From assembly GCA_963728005.1 (NCBI GenBank), contig CAVSIG010000001.1:1184462-1248461 (forward strand): DNA of 64,000 bases, in the 5' to 3' direction. Positions 10,104 to 19,440 of the stretch are shown one piece after another; positions within the stretch are counted from its first letter, which is position 1; each line of letters starts with the position of its first letter. Both the position numbers and the translations under genes were made by a program. The stretch is from an uncultured Microthrixaceae bacterium (lineage in GTDB: Bacteria > Actinomycetota > Acidimicrobiia > Acidimicrobiales > DATDAH01). The notes below the pieces were generated by a model. That model was not told the origin of the DNA and made no database searches. It was given only the letters and a program-made list of their open reading frames with translations.

Positions 10104-11822
10104 TCAGGCCGTGGCGTCATCCTCGGGCGCGGCTTCAGCCTCGGGCTCCGTGGGTGCCTCGGGAGCGGCGGCGTCAGCCTCGGGCGCAGCTTCGGCCTCC
10201 GGCTCCGGCTCACTCACGGCCTCGGTGGCAGCGGCCTCCGGCTCGGGCGCGGCTTCGGCTTCGGTGGCAGCGGCCTCCGGCTCGGGCGCAGCGTCGGCCT
10301 CGGTGGCCTCGGCCTCGGGTGCCGGCGCGGCCTCGGGAGTCACCCCGGCCTCGGCCAGGGCTGCGGCCATGGCGCCGCCTCCACTGCCTCCGCCGTCACC
10401 GTCGCCGTCACCGTCCGTCGGCTCGGGAGCCGGGGGCGGCTCCTGGACCTTGGGCTGGCCGGTGGCGGGGTCGAGTCCGTGCTCCTCGTAGTACTCGGCC
10501 CAGGCCTCGTCGATCTCCCCCGACGGGCCGACGTAGTTGCCGGACTCGTCGTAGGCGTGCTCGCCGAAGTGCTCCTGGTACTCGGCGGCCACGATGCCAC
10601 CCTCGGCGGCCTGCTTGATCGACAGGCTGATGCGGCGGCGCTGGAGGTCCAGGTCGATGACCTTCACCCACAGCTCCTCGCCGGGGGTGACGACCTGCTC
10701 GGGTAGCTCGACGTGGTGGGCCGACATCTCGGAGATGTGGACCAGGCCCTCGATGCCGTCGCCGACCTGGACGAAGGCGCCGAAGGGGACCAGCTTGGTG
10801 ACCCGGCCGTAGACCAGCTCGCCGACGCGGTGGCCGCTGGCGAACTCCTCCCACGGATCCTGCTGGGTGGCCTTGAGCGAGAGGCTGATGCGCTCCCGGT
10901 CGAGGTCCACCTCGAGGACCTGCACCTCGATCTCGTCGCCGACGGCGACGACCGAGCTGGGGTGGTCGACGTGCTTCCAGGACAGCTCGGACACGTGGAC
11001 CAGTCCGTCCATGCCGCCGAGGTCCACGAAGGCGCCGAAGTTGACCACGGAGGACACGACGCCCCGCCGGCGCTCGCCGGGCTTGAGGTTCTCGAGGAAC
11101 TCCTCGCGCTGCTCGCGCTGGGTCTCCTCCAGCCACGCCCGGCGGGACAGGACCACGTTGTTGCGGTTCTTGTCGAGCTCGATGATCTTCGCCTCGAGCA
11201 CCTTGCCGACGTAGGGCTGCAGGTCGCGGACCCGGCGCAGCTCGACGAGGGAGGCGGGCAGGAAGCCCCGGAGGCCGATGTCGAGGATGAGACCACCCTT
11301 GACCACCTCGATGACCGGGCCGGAGACCATGCCCTCGGCCTCCTTGATCTCCTCGATCTTGCCCCAGGCCTGCTCGTACTGAGCCCGCTTCTTGGACAGG
11401 ATCAGGCGGCCGTCCTTGTCCTCCTTGGTGAGGACGAGGGCGTCCAGGGGGTCACCCAGCGACACGATCTCGGAGGGATCGATGTCGTTGCGGATCGACA
11501 GCTCACGGCTGGGGATCACGCCCTCGGACTTGTAGCCGATGTCCAGCAGCACCTCGTCGTGGTCGACCCGGACCACCGTCCCGGACACGATCTGGCCGTC
11601 CTTGACGTCGACCATGGTGGCCGTATAGGCCTCGTCGAGGCCGGCGCCGAGATCGTTCTCGACGATGGAACGGGGGACGTAGTTGCCCTCGGCGTCGAAG
11701 CTGCCGAAGGGGCTGTCGTCGTCGCCGATGGGCGCTGCGGGGGGCTCGGCGACGGCGGTCGCCGAGGTGGTGGGGTCGTCGGACACGGGTTGGAGGGACT
11801 TTCCTAGGGGACGGATGGACAT
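10104..11822 (-). CDS. rpsA: 30S ribosomal protein S1 with ~90-aa acidic Pro/Glu/Ala repeat C-terminal tail
   Basis: S1 repeats (GQIVSGTVVRVDHDEVLLDIGYKSEGVIPSRELS, GMVSGPVIEVVKGGLILDIGLRGFLPASL, ...) in ORF 10104..12689; start taken at ATG 11822 (MSIRPLG...), upstream part of the long ORF belongs to a different gene. Confidence 0.85.
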   Translation of the reverse strand: MSIRPLGKSLQPVSDDPTTSATAVAEPPAAPIGDDDSPFGSFDAEGNYVPRSIVENDLGAGLDEAYTATMVDVKDGQIVSGTVVRVDHDEVLLDIGYKSEGVIPSRELSIRNDIDPSEIVSLGDPLDALVLTKEDKDGRLILSKKRAQYEQAWGKIEEIKEAEGMVSGPVIEVVKGGLILDIGLRGFLPASLVELRRVRDLQPYVGKVLEAKIIELDKNRNNVVLSRRAWLEETQREQREEFLENLKPGERRRGVVSSVVNFGAFVDLGGMDGLVHVSELSWKHVDHPSSVVAVGDEIEVQVLEVDLDRERISLSLKATQQDPWEEFASGHRVGELVYGRVTKLVPFGAFVQVGDGIEGLVHISEMSAHHVELPEQVVTPGEELWVKVIDLDLQRRRISLSIKQAAEGGIVAAEYQEHFGEHAYDESGNYVGPSGEIDEAWAEYYEEHGLDPATGQPKVQEPPPAPEPTDGDGDGDGGGSGGGAMAAALAEAGVTPEAAPAPEAEATEADAAPEPEAAATEAEAAPEPEAAATEAVSEPEPEAEAAPEADAAAPEAPTEPEAEAAPEDDATA

Positions 11823-11863
11823 TCGGCCCGGGGAGAAGGCCCCCCGGCAACCGGCGTACGAGG

Positions 11864-12614
11864 CTACCGAGGGACGGGCACGGACGCGACGGCGAGGTGT
11901 TCCGGGGTGTCGATCGACGGCGGATCGGTCGTGTACCGCCCGGGCGTGGCCGACCAGATGGCCTCGACGGTGAAGCCGGCCCGGGCCAGCAGCAGGCGCA
12001 GCTCGCGCGGGGTGTAGCAGGTCGTCCACAGATCGTGGTCGAGCGGGCGCCGTTCCTCGTCGTGGAGCACCGTGTGCTCGTGGAGGACGCCGGCGTCGGC
12101 GTCGAAGGCCTCCCCTTCCCCCAGGTCCCGCACGGCGAAGTAGGAGGAGAACGCGGTCAGGGCCAGGCGCCCGCCGGGGCGCAGGACCCGCCGGAGCTCG
12201 TCCAGGACGACCAGGTCCGGTTCGACGCCGGGGACCACGTCGGCGGCCGCCGGGCCTCCGGTCAGGCCGAAGCCGCCCTGGCAGAGGGAGATGGCGACGT
12301 CGACCGAGGCGTCGGCCAGCGGAAGGCGACGGGCGTCGCCCCGCACGAAGGCCACGTCGGGCGCCGCGTCCCGAGCCACAGCCAGGAACGCGGCCGCCAC
12401 ATCGAGCCCGACGGGAGCGACGCCCCGTTCTGCCAAGACCCGACTGTGCCGACCGGTTGCACACCCGAGGTCGAGCACCCGCGTGCCGGGCCGGAGGCCG
12501 AGCTCGTCGACGAGGAAGTGCGACCTCCTGCTCAGTGCCCTTGGTGAACGAATAGCGCTCATACGCAGGACCGATGTGGTCGGCAAGACCCTCGAACCAG
12601 TGGGTTCGGTTCAT
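11864..12614 (-). CDS. Class I SAM-dependent methyltransferase; frameshift near 12521
   Basis: N-terminus (MNRTHWFEGLADHIGPAYERYSFTKGTEQEV) in rpsA-long-ORF frame, remainder (FLVDELGLRPGTRVLDLGCATGRHS...) in ORF 11864..12586. Confidence 0.6.
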
Positions 12615-12637
12615 CCGGTCAGCCGACGTGAGCGCAC

Positions 12638-12656
12638 AGGGCCGGCTTGGCCGGCC
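12638..12656. terminator. GC-rich hairpin GGGCCGGC-ttg-GCCGGCCC (reverse-complement copy of the 9999..10018 motif)
   Basis: Seen directly; lies between small ORF/polA and the methyltransferase start. Confidence 0.3.
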
Positions 12657-12690
12657 CGGTACGGGGTCAGGTGCCGAGCGGTCGCGCAAC

Positions 12691-12739
12691 TCGATCGGAA
12701 GGCTCCGCCTTCCGATCGAAACGCTCCGCCTTCCGATCG
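12691..12739. repeat. Inverted repeat CGATCGGAAG/CTTCCGATCG with duplicated GCTCCGCCTTCCGATCGA unit
   Basis: Seen directly, immediately 3' of small ORF stop (12741). Confidence 0.4.
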
Positions 12740-12740
12740 A

Positions 12741-12913
12741 CTAAGGGCACTCCCAGTGGGGCGGGAAGACCTGCCAGGTCTTCTCGGCGTGGAGCGTGCC
12801 GTCACAGGCGTCGGATGTGGCGATGGCCACGGAGGCCGACACCATGACGTAGACGGTGACGGCGAGCGAGATCCAGAACCACACGGTCGAGCGTTGGGCT
12901 TGTTTGGTCGGCA
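12741..12913 (-). CDS. Hypothetical small membrane protein (57 aa) with strong Shine-Dalgarno
   Basis: AGGAGG 8 nt upstream of ATG; MPTKQAQRSTVWFWISLAVTVYVMVSASVAIATSDACDGTLHAEKTWQVFPPHWECP; one TM helix; in polA-methyltransferase intergenic region. Confidence 0.35.
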
Positions 12914-12974
12914 TCAGCGCTGCCTCCTGACCACTCCATCGGCGCCCGCTCCCGCCGGATGAAGCACATCGCCG

Positions 12975-15659
12975 TCACGCTTTGGCCGCCGCCCAGCTGT
13001 CGCCGAATGCCAGGTTCACCTCGAGCGGGACCCGCAGCTCGGCCGCACCGGAGAGGATGCTCGTCGTCAGCTCGGTCATCGTGTCGTGCTCGGCCGGATC
13101 GACCTCGAGGAGCACCTCGTCGTGGACCTGGAGGATCAGGCGGCTGGTGTGGTCGTCGGCCAGGAGCGCGGCGTCCAGCCGCACCAGCGCCACCTTGAAG
13201 ATGTCGGCGGCCAGGCCCTGGATGCCGGCGTTCATCGCCTGCCGCTCCCCCGCCTGCCGGACGCGGAAGTTGCTGGAGCTCAGCTCGGGGATCGGCCGCC
13301 GGCGCCCGAACAGCGTCTCGGTGTAGCCCCGCTCGCGGGCCTCGGCCACCGTGTGGTCCATGTACTCCCGCACGGCGGGGAAGGCGGTGAAGTAGGCGTC
13401 GAGGATCTGCGCCGCCTCCTCGGTCGGGATGCTGAGGCGCTGGCCCAGCCCATAGGCCTCCATGCCGTAGGCCAACCCGTAGGAGACCATCTTCGACTTC
13501 GACCGCATCTCGCCGGTGACCGCGGCGGGCTCCACGCCGAAGATGCGCGACGCCGTCTCGGTGTGGATGTCCCGGCGGCTCTCGAAGGCGTCGATCAGCC
13601 CGGGGTCCTCGGCGAGGTGCGCGATGCAGCGCAGCTCGATCTGGTTGTAGTCGGCGACCAGCAGCTCGAAGCCCTCGGCGGGGACGAAGGCGGTGCGGAA
13701 CTCCTTGCCCGCCTCCCGCCGCACGGGGATGTTGTGGAGATTGGGGGCATCGGAGCTGAGCCGGCCGGTGCGGGCCACGGTCTGGTTGAACGTGGCGTGG
13801 ATGCGGCCGTCGGGGGCGATCTCGGCCAGCAGCCCCTCGCCGTAGGTGCCGCGGAGCTTCTCGACCTCGCGGTAGCGCAGGAGGTGCTCGATGATCGGGT
13901 GCTGGCCCAGCAGCTTCTCGAGGCTGGCGGCGTCGGTGGAGTAGCCGGTCTTCGTCTTCTTCTGCGGGGTCAGGCCGAGCTTGTCGAAGAGGATCTCCCG
14001 CATCTGCTTCGTGGAGTTGATGTTGAACTCCTCGCCGGCGTCCTCGATGATCTGGGCGCCGAGGATGTCGCACTCGGTGTTGAGCTGGTCGTGGATGCCC
14101 TCGAGGATCGACCGGTCGACAGCGATGCCGACCGCCTCCATGCGGGCGAGGACGCCGACCAGGGGGACCTCGATCTCGTCGAAGAGCTGCCTGGACCCCG
14201 TTGGCTTCGAGGCTGGCCCGGATCGGGGCACCAGCCGGTCGACGGCCAACGCCTCGCGGGCGGCCATGACGGCGGGCGAGGTGGCCGTCGAGTCCAGCTC
14301 CAGCTGCCCCTCCGCGCTGGCCGACTGCTCGGGCAGCTGGAGCTGGGCGTAGCGGATGAGGAGGTCCTCGAGGAGGTAGCGGGCCTCGGCCGGGTCGAGG
14401 AGGTAGGCGGCCAGCATGGTGTCGACGCCCAAGCCGGCGTCGACGTCCAGGTCGGTCAGGCTGCGCAGGAGCGGCCTTGGCCCCGTGGGCGGCCAGGCGC
14501 CGGCCTTCGGTCGGAGCCGCCGCCTGGAGGGCAGCGCGGACGTCGGTCTCGGCCAGGAGGTCGGCCGGGATCCATGCCACCTCGGCGCCCGCCGACTCGG
14601 TCACCACGGCCAGGCCCTCGAGCGGGCTTCGGCCCGGGGCGCCCTGCCACGCGCCGGCCACGGCGATCGTGTCGTCGCCCGACGCCAGGGCGTTCAGCGT
14701 GGACGACCGCGTCGGCGACCGTCTCCAGCTCGGTGACCTCGGCCTCGAGCACCTCGGTGCCACCGAGTGACGGGCCGAGGTCGTTGTCGAAGGCCTCCGA
14801 CAGCCGGTCGAACAGGGTGCGGAACTCGAGGAAGTCGAAGAGCTTGCGCACCTCCTCGGCGTCGAAGGGCTCCATTTCCACGTCGTCGAGCCCGAGCTCC
14901 AGCGGGATGTCCCGGAGCAGGACCATCACCTCGGCGTTCAGGCGGGCCTGGGCCTCGTTCTCGGCCAGGTTCTGGCGCAACTTGGGCGTCTGCTCGTCGA
15001 CGTGGGCGAAGATCCCGTCGAGGTCGCCGTAGGTGTTGACCAGCTTGGCGGCGGTCTTCTCCCCCACCCCGGGGACGCCCGGCAGGTTGTCCGAGTTGTC
15101 GCCCCGCAGGGCGGCGTAGATCACGTAGTCCTTGGGCTTGACGCCGGTGCGCTCCTCGATGCCGGCCTCGTCGTAGTCCGCGTAGTCCGAGACGCCCCGC
15201 TTGTTGTAGATGACCCGGATGTGGGGGTCCTCCACCAGCTGGTAGGTGTCGCGGTCACCGGTGACGATGAGGACGTCGTCCTCGCGGTCACGGGCCTGGG
15301 TGGCCAGCGTGGCCAGGATGTCGTCGGCCTCGTAGCCGGGCGCCTCCAGGATCGGGATGTGGAGCACCTCCAACACCTGACGGACGAGGCCCATCTGCTG
15401 GCGGAGGATGTCCGGTGCCTGCGTCGCGGGTGGCCTTGTAGGTGTCGATCCGCTCGTGCCGGAACGTCGGCTCGGGCCGGTCGAAGGCGACGACGATCTT
15501 CGTCGGCTTGTGGTCCTTGAGCAGGTTGATGAGCATCGACGTGAAGCCGAAGACGGCGTTGGTCACCTGCCCGGAGGCGGTGGCCATGTCGGTGGGTAGA
15601 GCGAAGAAGGCCCGGTAGGTCAGCGAGTTGCCGTCGACCAGCATGAGCTTGTCCGGCAT
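12975..15659 (-). CDS. polA: DNA polymerase I; at least three frameshifts (~15400, ~14705, ~14460)
   Basis: 5'-3' exonuclease N-terminus (ORF 15288..15659), continuation (14456..15394), 3'-5' exo-like linker (top of 12802..14763) and polymerase domain (12975..14432: ...DYNQIELR..., QVHDEVLLEV) in four frames. Confidence 0.9.
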
Positions 15660-15660
15660 G

Positions 15661-16317
15661 TCAGCTCGCTTCCGGCGTCAGTTCCCCGTCGATGATGTCC
15701 TGGGCGACGCGCTTCATGGTGTGGCGCCGGTGCATGGCGGTCTTCTGGATGAAGGCGAAGGCGTCGGCCTCGTTCATCTTCTGGACGTCCATGAGCTGGC
15801 CCTTGGCCCGGTCGACCACCTTGCGGGTCTCCAGCTGCTCCTCGAGCGACTCGGCCTGCTCGTGCAGCGCCCGCATCTCGCGGAAGCGGCCGAGGGCGAC
15901 CTCGAGGGCGGGCACCAGCTCGCTGCGCTGGAACGGCTTGACGAGGTAGGCCAGGGCGCCGGCGTCACGGGCCTTCTCGATCAGGTCCCGCTGGCTGAAG
16001 GCGGTGAGGATGAGGACGGCGGCGCGACGCTCCCCGGCGATCTCCCGGGCTGCGGACAGGCCGTCCAGGCCGGGCATCTTGATGTCGAGGATGGCGATGT
16101 CGGGCTCGTGCTCCTTGACCAGATCGACGGCCTCGTCGCCCCGGCCGGTCTCGCCGACGACCTCGTAGCCCTCCTCCTCCAGGGTCTCCTTCAGGTCCAG
16201 GCGGATGATGGCTTCGTCCTCGGCGATGACGACACGCGTGGACACGGGTGGAGGCTCCTCGATGACTCGATCTCGTGAACCGGCGACTGTACCGGTCGAC
16301 GGGTGGTCGGCTCCCAC
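15661..16317 (-). CDS. pdtaR: ANTAR-domain response regulator PdtaR
   Basis: Receiver domain (VVIAEDEAIIRLDL...ILDIKMPGLDGL) + C-terminal ANTAR (VDRAKGQLMDVQKMNEADAFAFIQKTAMHRRHTMKRVAQDII); conserved pdtaR-polA-rpsA synteny as in mycobacteria. Confidence 0.8.
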   Translation of the reverse strand: MGADHPSTGTVAGSRDRVIEEPPPVSTRVVIAEDEAIIRLDLKETLEEEGYEVVGETGRGDEAVDLVKEHEPDIAILDIKMPGLDGLSAAREIAGERRAAVLILTAFSQRDLIEKARDAGALAYLVKPFQRSELVPALEVALGRFREMRALHEQAESLEEQLETRKVVDRAKGQLMDVQKMNEADAFAFIQKTAMHRRHTMKRVAQDIIDGELTPEAS

Positions 16318-16324
16318 CCGATGA

Positions 16325-16612
16325 TCAGGAGCCGCCGAGCTGGTCGAGCAGGGCGTCCTGGTCCTGCTCCAAGCGCTCGATCTCGGCCTGCACCTCGGCC
16401 CGGCGACGGGACAGCGCGGCGGCGTGGCGGCCGGCCTCGAGGTGCTCCCGCTGGGCCAGTGAGGTCTCCGAGACCATCGCCCGGATGCGGGCGTCCTCGG
16501 CCTCGTCGTCCAGGTGCGACTGCTGCTCGTCGGTGATGCCCAGCTCCTGGCGGAGCCGGGTCAGTCGCTGGCTGTTGTCCCGCAGCCGGCGCTCGAGGGT
16601 GGACCGTCGCAC
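16325..16612 (-). CDS. Hypothetical coiled-coil protein (95 aa) upstream of pdtaR
   Basis: Charged heptad-like sequence; 8-bp gap to pdtaR, same strand. Confidence 0.45.
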   Translation of the reverse strand: MRRSTLERRLRDNSQRLTRLRQELGITDEQQSHLDDEAEDARIRAMVSETSLAQREHLEAGRHAAALSRRRAEVQAEIERLEQDQDALLDQLGGS

Positions 16613-16669
16613 GGGCCAAGGTTACGGGGCCGACTGGCAAGGCTGGGGACGCCCCGTGATGATGGGCCC

Positions 16670-17146
16670 GTGCGGCGGCTGGTGGTGCTCCTCTTCGTGG
16701 TCGGCCTCGCCGCGTCCTGCGGCGGGTCCGACGACGCCGCCTGCGGCCCGGTGACCCAGGAGGCCCTCGACCCGAACTCGGGCCTCCACGTGCTCCCCGA
16801 CCAGGACGTGCCCGAGTACACCTCCGACCCGCCGACCTCCGGCGCCCACTACTCGCTCCCGCCGCCCAACGGCGCCGTCGACCAAGCCGTCGACCGCCCC
16901 CTGCAGGTGACCGCCCTCGAGGGCGGGATGGTCCTGGTCCAGCACCGGGACCTGTCCGAGGCCGACATCGCCGAGCTCGAGGCGCTCGGGTCGCCGCAGG
17001 TGATCGTCGCCCCCAACCCGGACCAGGACGATCCCGTCGTGTTGACCGCCTGGATCACGAAGCAGAGCTGCTCCGGCGTGGACGTCGACGAGGTCGAGAC
17101 CTTCATCGAGGAGCAGCAGGGCCGAGGCCCCGGCACCGACTTCTGA
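16670..17146 (+). CDS. DUF3105-like lipoprotein
   Basis: Lipobox LAASCGG after hydrophobic leader; motifs PPTSGAHY, SLPPPNG, MVLVQHRDL resemble DUF3105; start approximate (long ORF begins 16514). Confidence 0.55.
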   Translation: MRRLVVLLFVVGLAASCGGSDDAACGPVTQEALDPNSGLHVLPDQDVPEYTSDPPTSGAHYSLPPPNGAVDQAVDRPLQVTALEGGMVLVQHRDLSEADIAELEALGSPQVIVAPNPDQDDPVVLTAWITKQSCSGVDVDEVETFIEEQQGRGPGTDF

Positions 17147-17217
17147 CCTCGGCGAGGCTGTCACACCCCCTGCGTAGGTTCAGGGCATGGGTGTCCGGGA
17201 TAGCGTGGAAATACCGC

Positions 17218-17304
17218 GCGGCGATGGTGAAATCGGAAAACACGCGGTATTCAAAATTCCGTGGCCTTCGGGCCTTGCGGGTTCGAGTCCCGCTCGCCGC
17301 ACCA
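17218..17304 (+). tRNA. tRNA-Leu (anticodon CAA), 87 nt with long variable arm and encoded CCA
   Basis: Acceptor GCGGCGA/TCGCCGC, D-arm TGGTGAAATCGG, anticodon loop TTCAAAA, variable hairpin GGCCTTCGGGCC, T-arm GCGGGTTCGAGTCCCGC; close to E. coli tRNA-Leu architecture. Confidence 0.8.
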
Positions 17305-17311
17305 CCTGACG

Positions 17312-18109
17312 ATGCGACCTGTGTCGGACATCCGTCGAGCACAGGCGCTCGTCGAGGCTGGCTGGCCGCTGTTGCGAGTGGCGAACGAACTCGGTGTCTC
17401 GCGAGCCGCGATAAGGGACTGGCGTGACCGAGGCTTCGACCAGGTGGTCGCTGACCGGCAGCGTCGGGGCTGGGCCGCTGGTGGCGCCGCCCAAGGACTC
17501 GATGTCGGTCTCCCCAGCTCTCATCGCTGTGACGCCATCGAACGAGCGCGGCGCGACCCGGGCGCGTACGCCTACCTGTTCGGTCAATACCTCGGCGACG
17601 GCTCCATCAGTGTCGGGCGACGCGCGGTCTACCGCCTCCGGATCTTCTGTTGCTCGGACTACCCAGGGATCATCGGGCGGGTCGTGGGCACTGCCCGAGC
17701 AGTCCTGCCACGAGGCGTCCACGCCTACCGCCGCCCCAATGTCCGCATGGTCATCGTGCTCTCGCACTGGAAGCACATGCGCTGCCTGTTTCCGCAGCAT
17801 GGTCCCGGCAAGAAGCACGAGCGGCTGATCGTCCTCGACCACTGGCAGAACGAGATCGTCGTTGCCCATCCGAAGCCATTTCTCCGAGGGCTCATCGAGT
17901 CGGACGGCAGTCGTTCGGTGAATTGGGTCAACGGAACGAACTACCCGCGCTACTTCTTCAGCAACCTCTCCGCCGACATCCAACAGCTGTGCACTCGAAC
18001 ACTCGATCAACTGGATGTGCGCTGGCGACAGACCAACGCCAGGAACATCGCCGTCTCGAAGCGGCCGGACGTCGAGTTCCTCGACAGCTTCATCGGGCCG
18101 AAGTGGTAG
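17312..18109 (+). CDS. HTH + LAGLIDADG-like homing-endonuclease-fold protein
   Basis: N-terminal HTH (LLRVANELGVSRAAIRDW) and two LAGLIDADG-type motifs (YLFGQYLGDGSI, LRGLIESDGS); begins 8 nt after tRNA-Leu. Confidence 0.55.
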   Translation: MRPVSDIRRAQALVEAGWPLLRVANELGVSRAAIRDWRDRGFDQVVADRQRRGWAAGGAAQGLDVGLPSSHRCDAIERARRDPGAYAYLFGQYLGDGSISVGRRAVYRLRIFCCSDYPGIIGRVVGTARAVLPRGVHAYRRPNVRMVIVLSHWKHMRCLFPQHGPGKKHERLIVLDHWQNEIVVAHPKPFLRGLIESDGSRSVNWVNGTNYPRYFFSNLSADIQQLCTRTLDQLDVRWRQTNARNIAVSKRPDVEFLDSFIGPKW

Positions 18110-18122
18110 GTACGGTGACGGC

Positions 18123-18230
18123 GTGCGCCGGCTCGTCGTTCTCGCGCTGCTGATCGGGGGGCTGGCGGCGTACCGGGAGTGGCGGATCCGGATGCTGGAG
18201 GCCGACCTCGACCCCGACAGGGCGTCGTGA
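18123..18230 (+). CDS. Possible 35-aa single-TM peptide
   Basis: VRRLVVLALLIGGLAAYREWRIRMLEADLDPDRAS; weak evidence only. Confidence 0.15.
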   Translation: MRRLVVLALLIGGLAAYREWRIRMLEADLDPDRAS

Positions 18231-18264
18231 AACCAACCGGGCGACTGGCAGGTCTGAGGTTCAC

Positions 18265-19440
18265 ATGATCGCCTTCACGTTCCCCGGCCAGGGTTCCCAG
18301 AAGCCGGGCATGGGCGAGGCGTGGCACGACCATCCGTCGTGGGAGCTCGTCGACGAGGCCACCTCGGTCGCCGGTCGGGACGTCGCCCACCTCCTGCTGG
18401 CCGCCGATGCCGACGAGCTGCGGGACACCCGCAACAGCCAGCTGGCCACCTACGTCCTGAGCCTGGTGGTGCTGGACGCCGTCGAGCGGCTGGGCGTCGA
18501 CCCCGCCCGCGTCGCCGGGCACAGCCTGGGCGAGTACACGGCCCTCACCGCCGCCGGCGTGTTGTCGTTCTCGGACGGCGTGAAGCTGGTGACGGAGCGG
18601 GGCGAGGCCATGCAGGTGGCGGCCGCCGAGCGGGCCGGGACGATGGCGGCGATCGTGGCCCTGGACGACGACGACGTGGCGGTGGCCTGTGCCCGCACCG
18701 ACGGCGACGTCTGGGTGGCCAACCACAACGCTCCCGGGCAGGTCGTGATCGCCGGCGCCCCCGAGGCCATCGCGGCGGCCGGCGAGTTCGCCAAGGAGCT
18801 CGGTGCCCGCCGGGTCCTCCCGCTGGAGGTCGGTGGCGCCTTCCACACCCCGTTCATGGCGTCGGCCCGGGACCGGCTGCGCAAGGCGCTGGCCAAGGCC
18901 GACCTGCGGGACGCCGAGCTTCCCGTCCTCGCCAACGTCGACGCCCGCCCCCACATCACGGCAGCCGACTGGGAGAACCTCCTGGCCGCCCAGCTGTGCA
19001 GCCCCGTGCGCTGGCGCCACATCCTCCAGGCCCTCGGCGACGAGGGCGTCGACCTGCTGGTCGAACTGGGGCCGGGCAGTGCGCTGACGGGGATGGCCAA
19101 GCGGACGCTGGTGGGCACCACCACGATGTCGATCAGCGTCCCCGACGACCTCGATCAGCTCCTGAGCCTGATGCACGAGCCCCGCCTCGCCGAGGCGTCG
19201 GTCGAGGCCGGCGAGCACCTCTTCGTGACCGAGCGCCTGGTCGTCAGCCCCGGGGCCGGCGTCTTCCGAGGTGAGCCCGGCGTCGGCGCCGGCACCTCGG
19301 TCGAGCCCGGGACGCTCGTCGGCCACGTCGGCGACCTCGAGGTGCGCTCGGCCTTCTCCGGCGAGCTGATCGGTCTCCTGGCCGTCGACGGCGAGCGGCT
19401 GGGCCCCAGCGAGCCCATCGCCTGGCTGCGGAGCGCCTGA
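18265..19440 (+). CDS. fabD: Malonyl-CoA:ACP transacylase with ~85-aa C-terminal biotinyl/lipoyl-like extension
   Basis: FPGQGSQ, GHSLGEY, GAFHT motifs; C-terminal VSPGAGVF...GTLVGHVGDLEVRS...IAWL hybrid-barrel-like without modifiable Lys. Confidence 0.85.
   Translation: MIAFTFPGQGSQKPGMGEAWHDHPSWELVDEATSVAGRDVAHLLLAADADELRDTRNSQLATYVLSLVVLDAVERLGVDPARVAGHSLGEYTALTAAGVLSFSDGVKLVTERGEAMQVAAAERAGTMAAIVALDDDDVAVACARTDGDVWVANHNAPGQVVIAGAPEAIAAAGEFAKELGARRVLPLEVGGAFHTPFMASARDRLRKALAKADLRDAELPVLANVDARPHITAADWENLLAAQLCSPVRWRHILQALGDEGVDLLVELGPGSALTGMAKRTLVGTTTMSISVPDDLDQLLSLMHEPRLAEASVEAGEHLFVTERLVVSPGAGVFRGEPGVGAGTSVEPGTLVGHVGDLEVRSAFSGELIGLLAVDGERLGPSEPIAWLRSA

Noticed and set aside
10154-10618. 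Pro/Arg-rich + strand ORFs (for example RPRWQRPPARA repeats)
   Set aside because: They are the complementary-strand reading of the rpsA acidic repeat tail, not coding.
16514-16669. Upstream part of the DUF3105 ORF starting at 16514
   Set aside because: It overlaps the convergent coiled-coil ORF on the other strand. The lipoprotein signal peptide begins at about 16670, so the shorter start was preferred.
17261-17311. Start of ORF 17261..18109 inside the tRNA
   Set aside because: It overlaps tRNA-Leu. The downstream ATG at 17312 (MRPVSD...) gives a non-overlapping start.
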